A stretch of 17,972 nt of DNA from Verrucomicrobiota bacterium (GTDB lineage: Bacteria > Verrucomicrobiota > Verrucomicrobiia > Opitutales > Seribacteraceae), in NCBI GenBank assembly GCA_027622665.1, contig JAQBYT010000054.1:1-17972 (forward strand), in the 5' to 3' direction. Below, piece by piece: positions 17,849 to 17,972 of this stretch (the first letter of the stretch is position 1; the number at the start of each line of letters is the position of its first letter). The position numbers and the translations under genes were made by a program. Under the pieces are notes generated by a model. That model worked only from the letters and a program-made list of their open reading frames with translations, was not told where the DNA came from and did not search any database.

Positions 17849-17877
17849 AATACCCCCGAGAATGCCCAAAGGTTACA
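17849..17877 (-). promoter_or_regulatory. Putative autoregulatory ECF-sigma promoter
   Basis: Minus strand TGTAAC (17877-17872), 17-nt spacer, GGTATT (17854-17849), 70 nt upstream of the first ATG of the ECF operon. ECF genes are commonly autoregulated. Confidence 0.55.
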
Positions 17878-17972
17878 TTATTGCCGCTTTTTTTTCAACA
17901 AAGCGTGATTTCTCAAAATCTTTTTGGTGGACTCAAGTTAGATTTCTTGCGGGTTTGCTCCCAAAAAGAAGG

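Overview
Ordinary-looking bacterial chromosomal window. Gene content suggests the PVC superphylum, probably Verrucomicrobiota; this is inference, not a search result. It holds 11 supportable CDSs, 10 on the minus strand. From right to left: (1) a secreted protein, ECF sigma factor and membrane anti-sigma-like gene, behind an ECF-type promoter motif; (2) an uncharacterised exported three-gene module (DUF1549/DUF1553 with Cys-x-Cys-His motifs, Tat-exported DUF1501, duplicated PPC/Ig protein); (3) a GNAT acetyltransferase convergent with a stand-alone coaC; (4) leuA, divergent from coaC; (5) a tightly coupled creD-recD2-secreted serine hydrolase run with a second ECF-like promoter motif; (6) a cluster of nested palindromic REP-like repeats at 3-260. 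I saw no rRNA, tRNA, CRISPR array or transposase. The best candidates for undescribed biology are the DUF1549/DUF1501/PPC exported module and the adjacent ECF system, which may also control creD.
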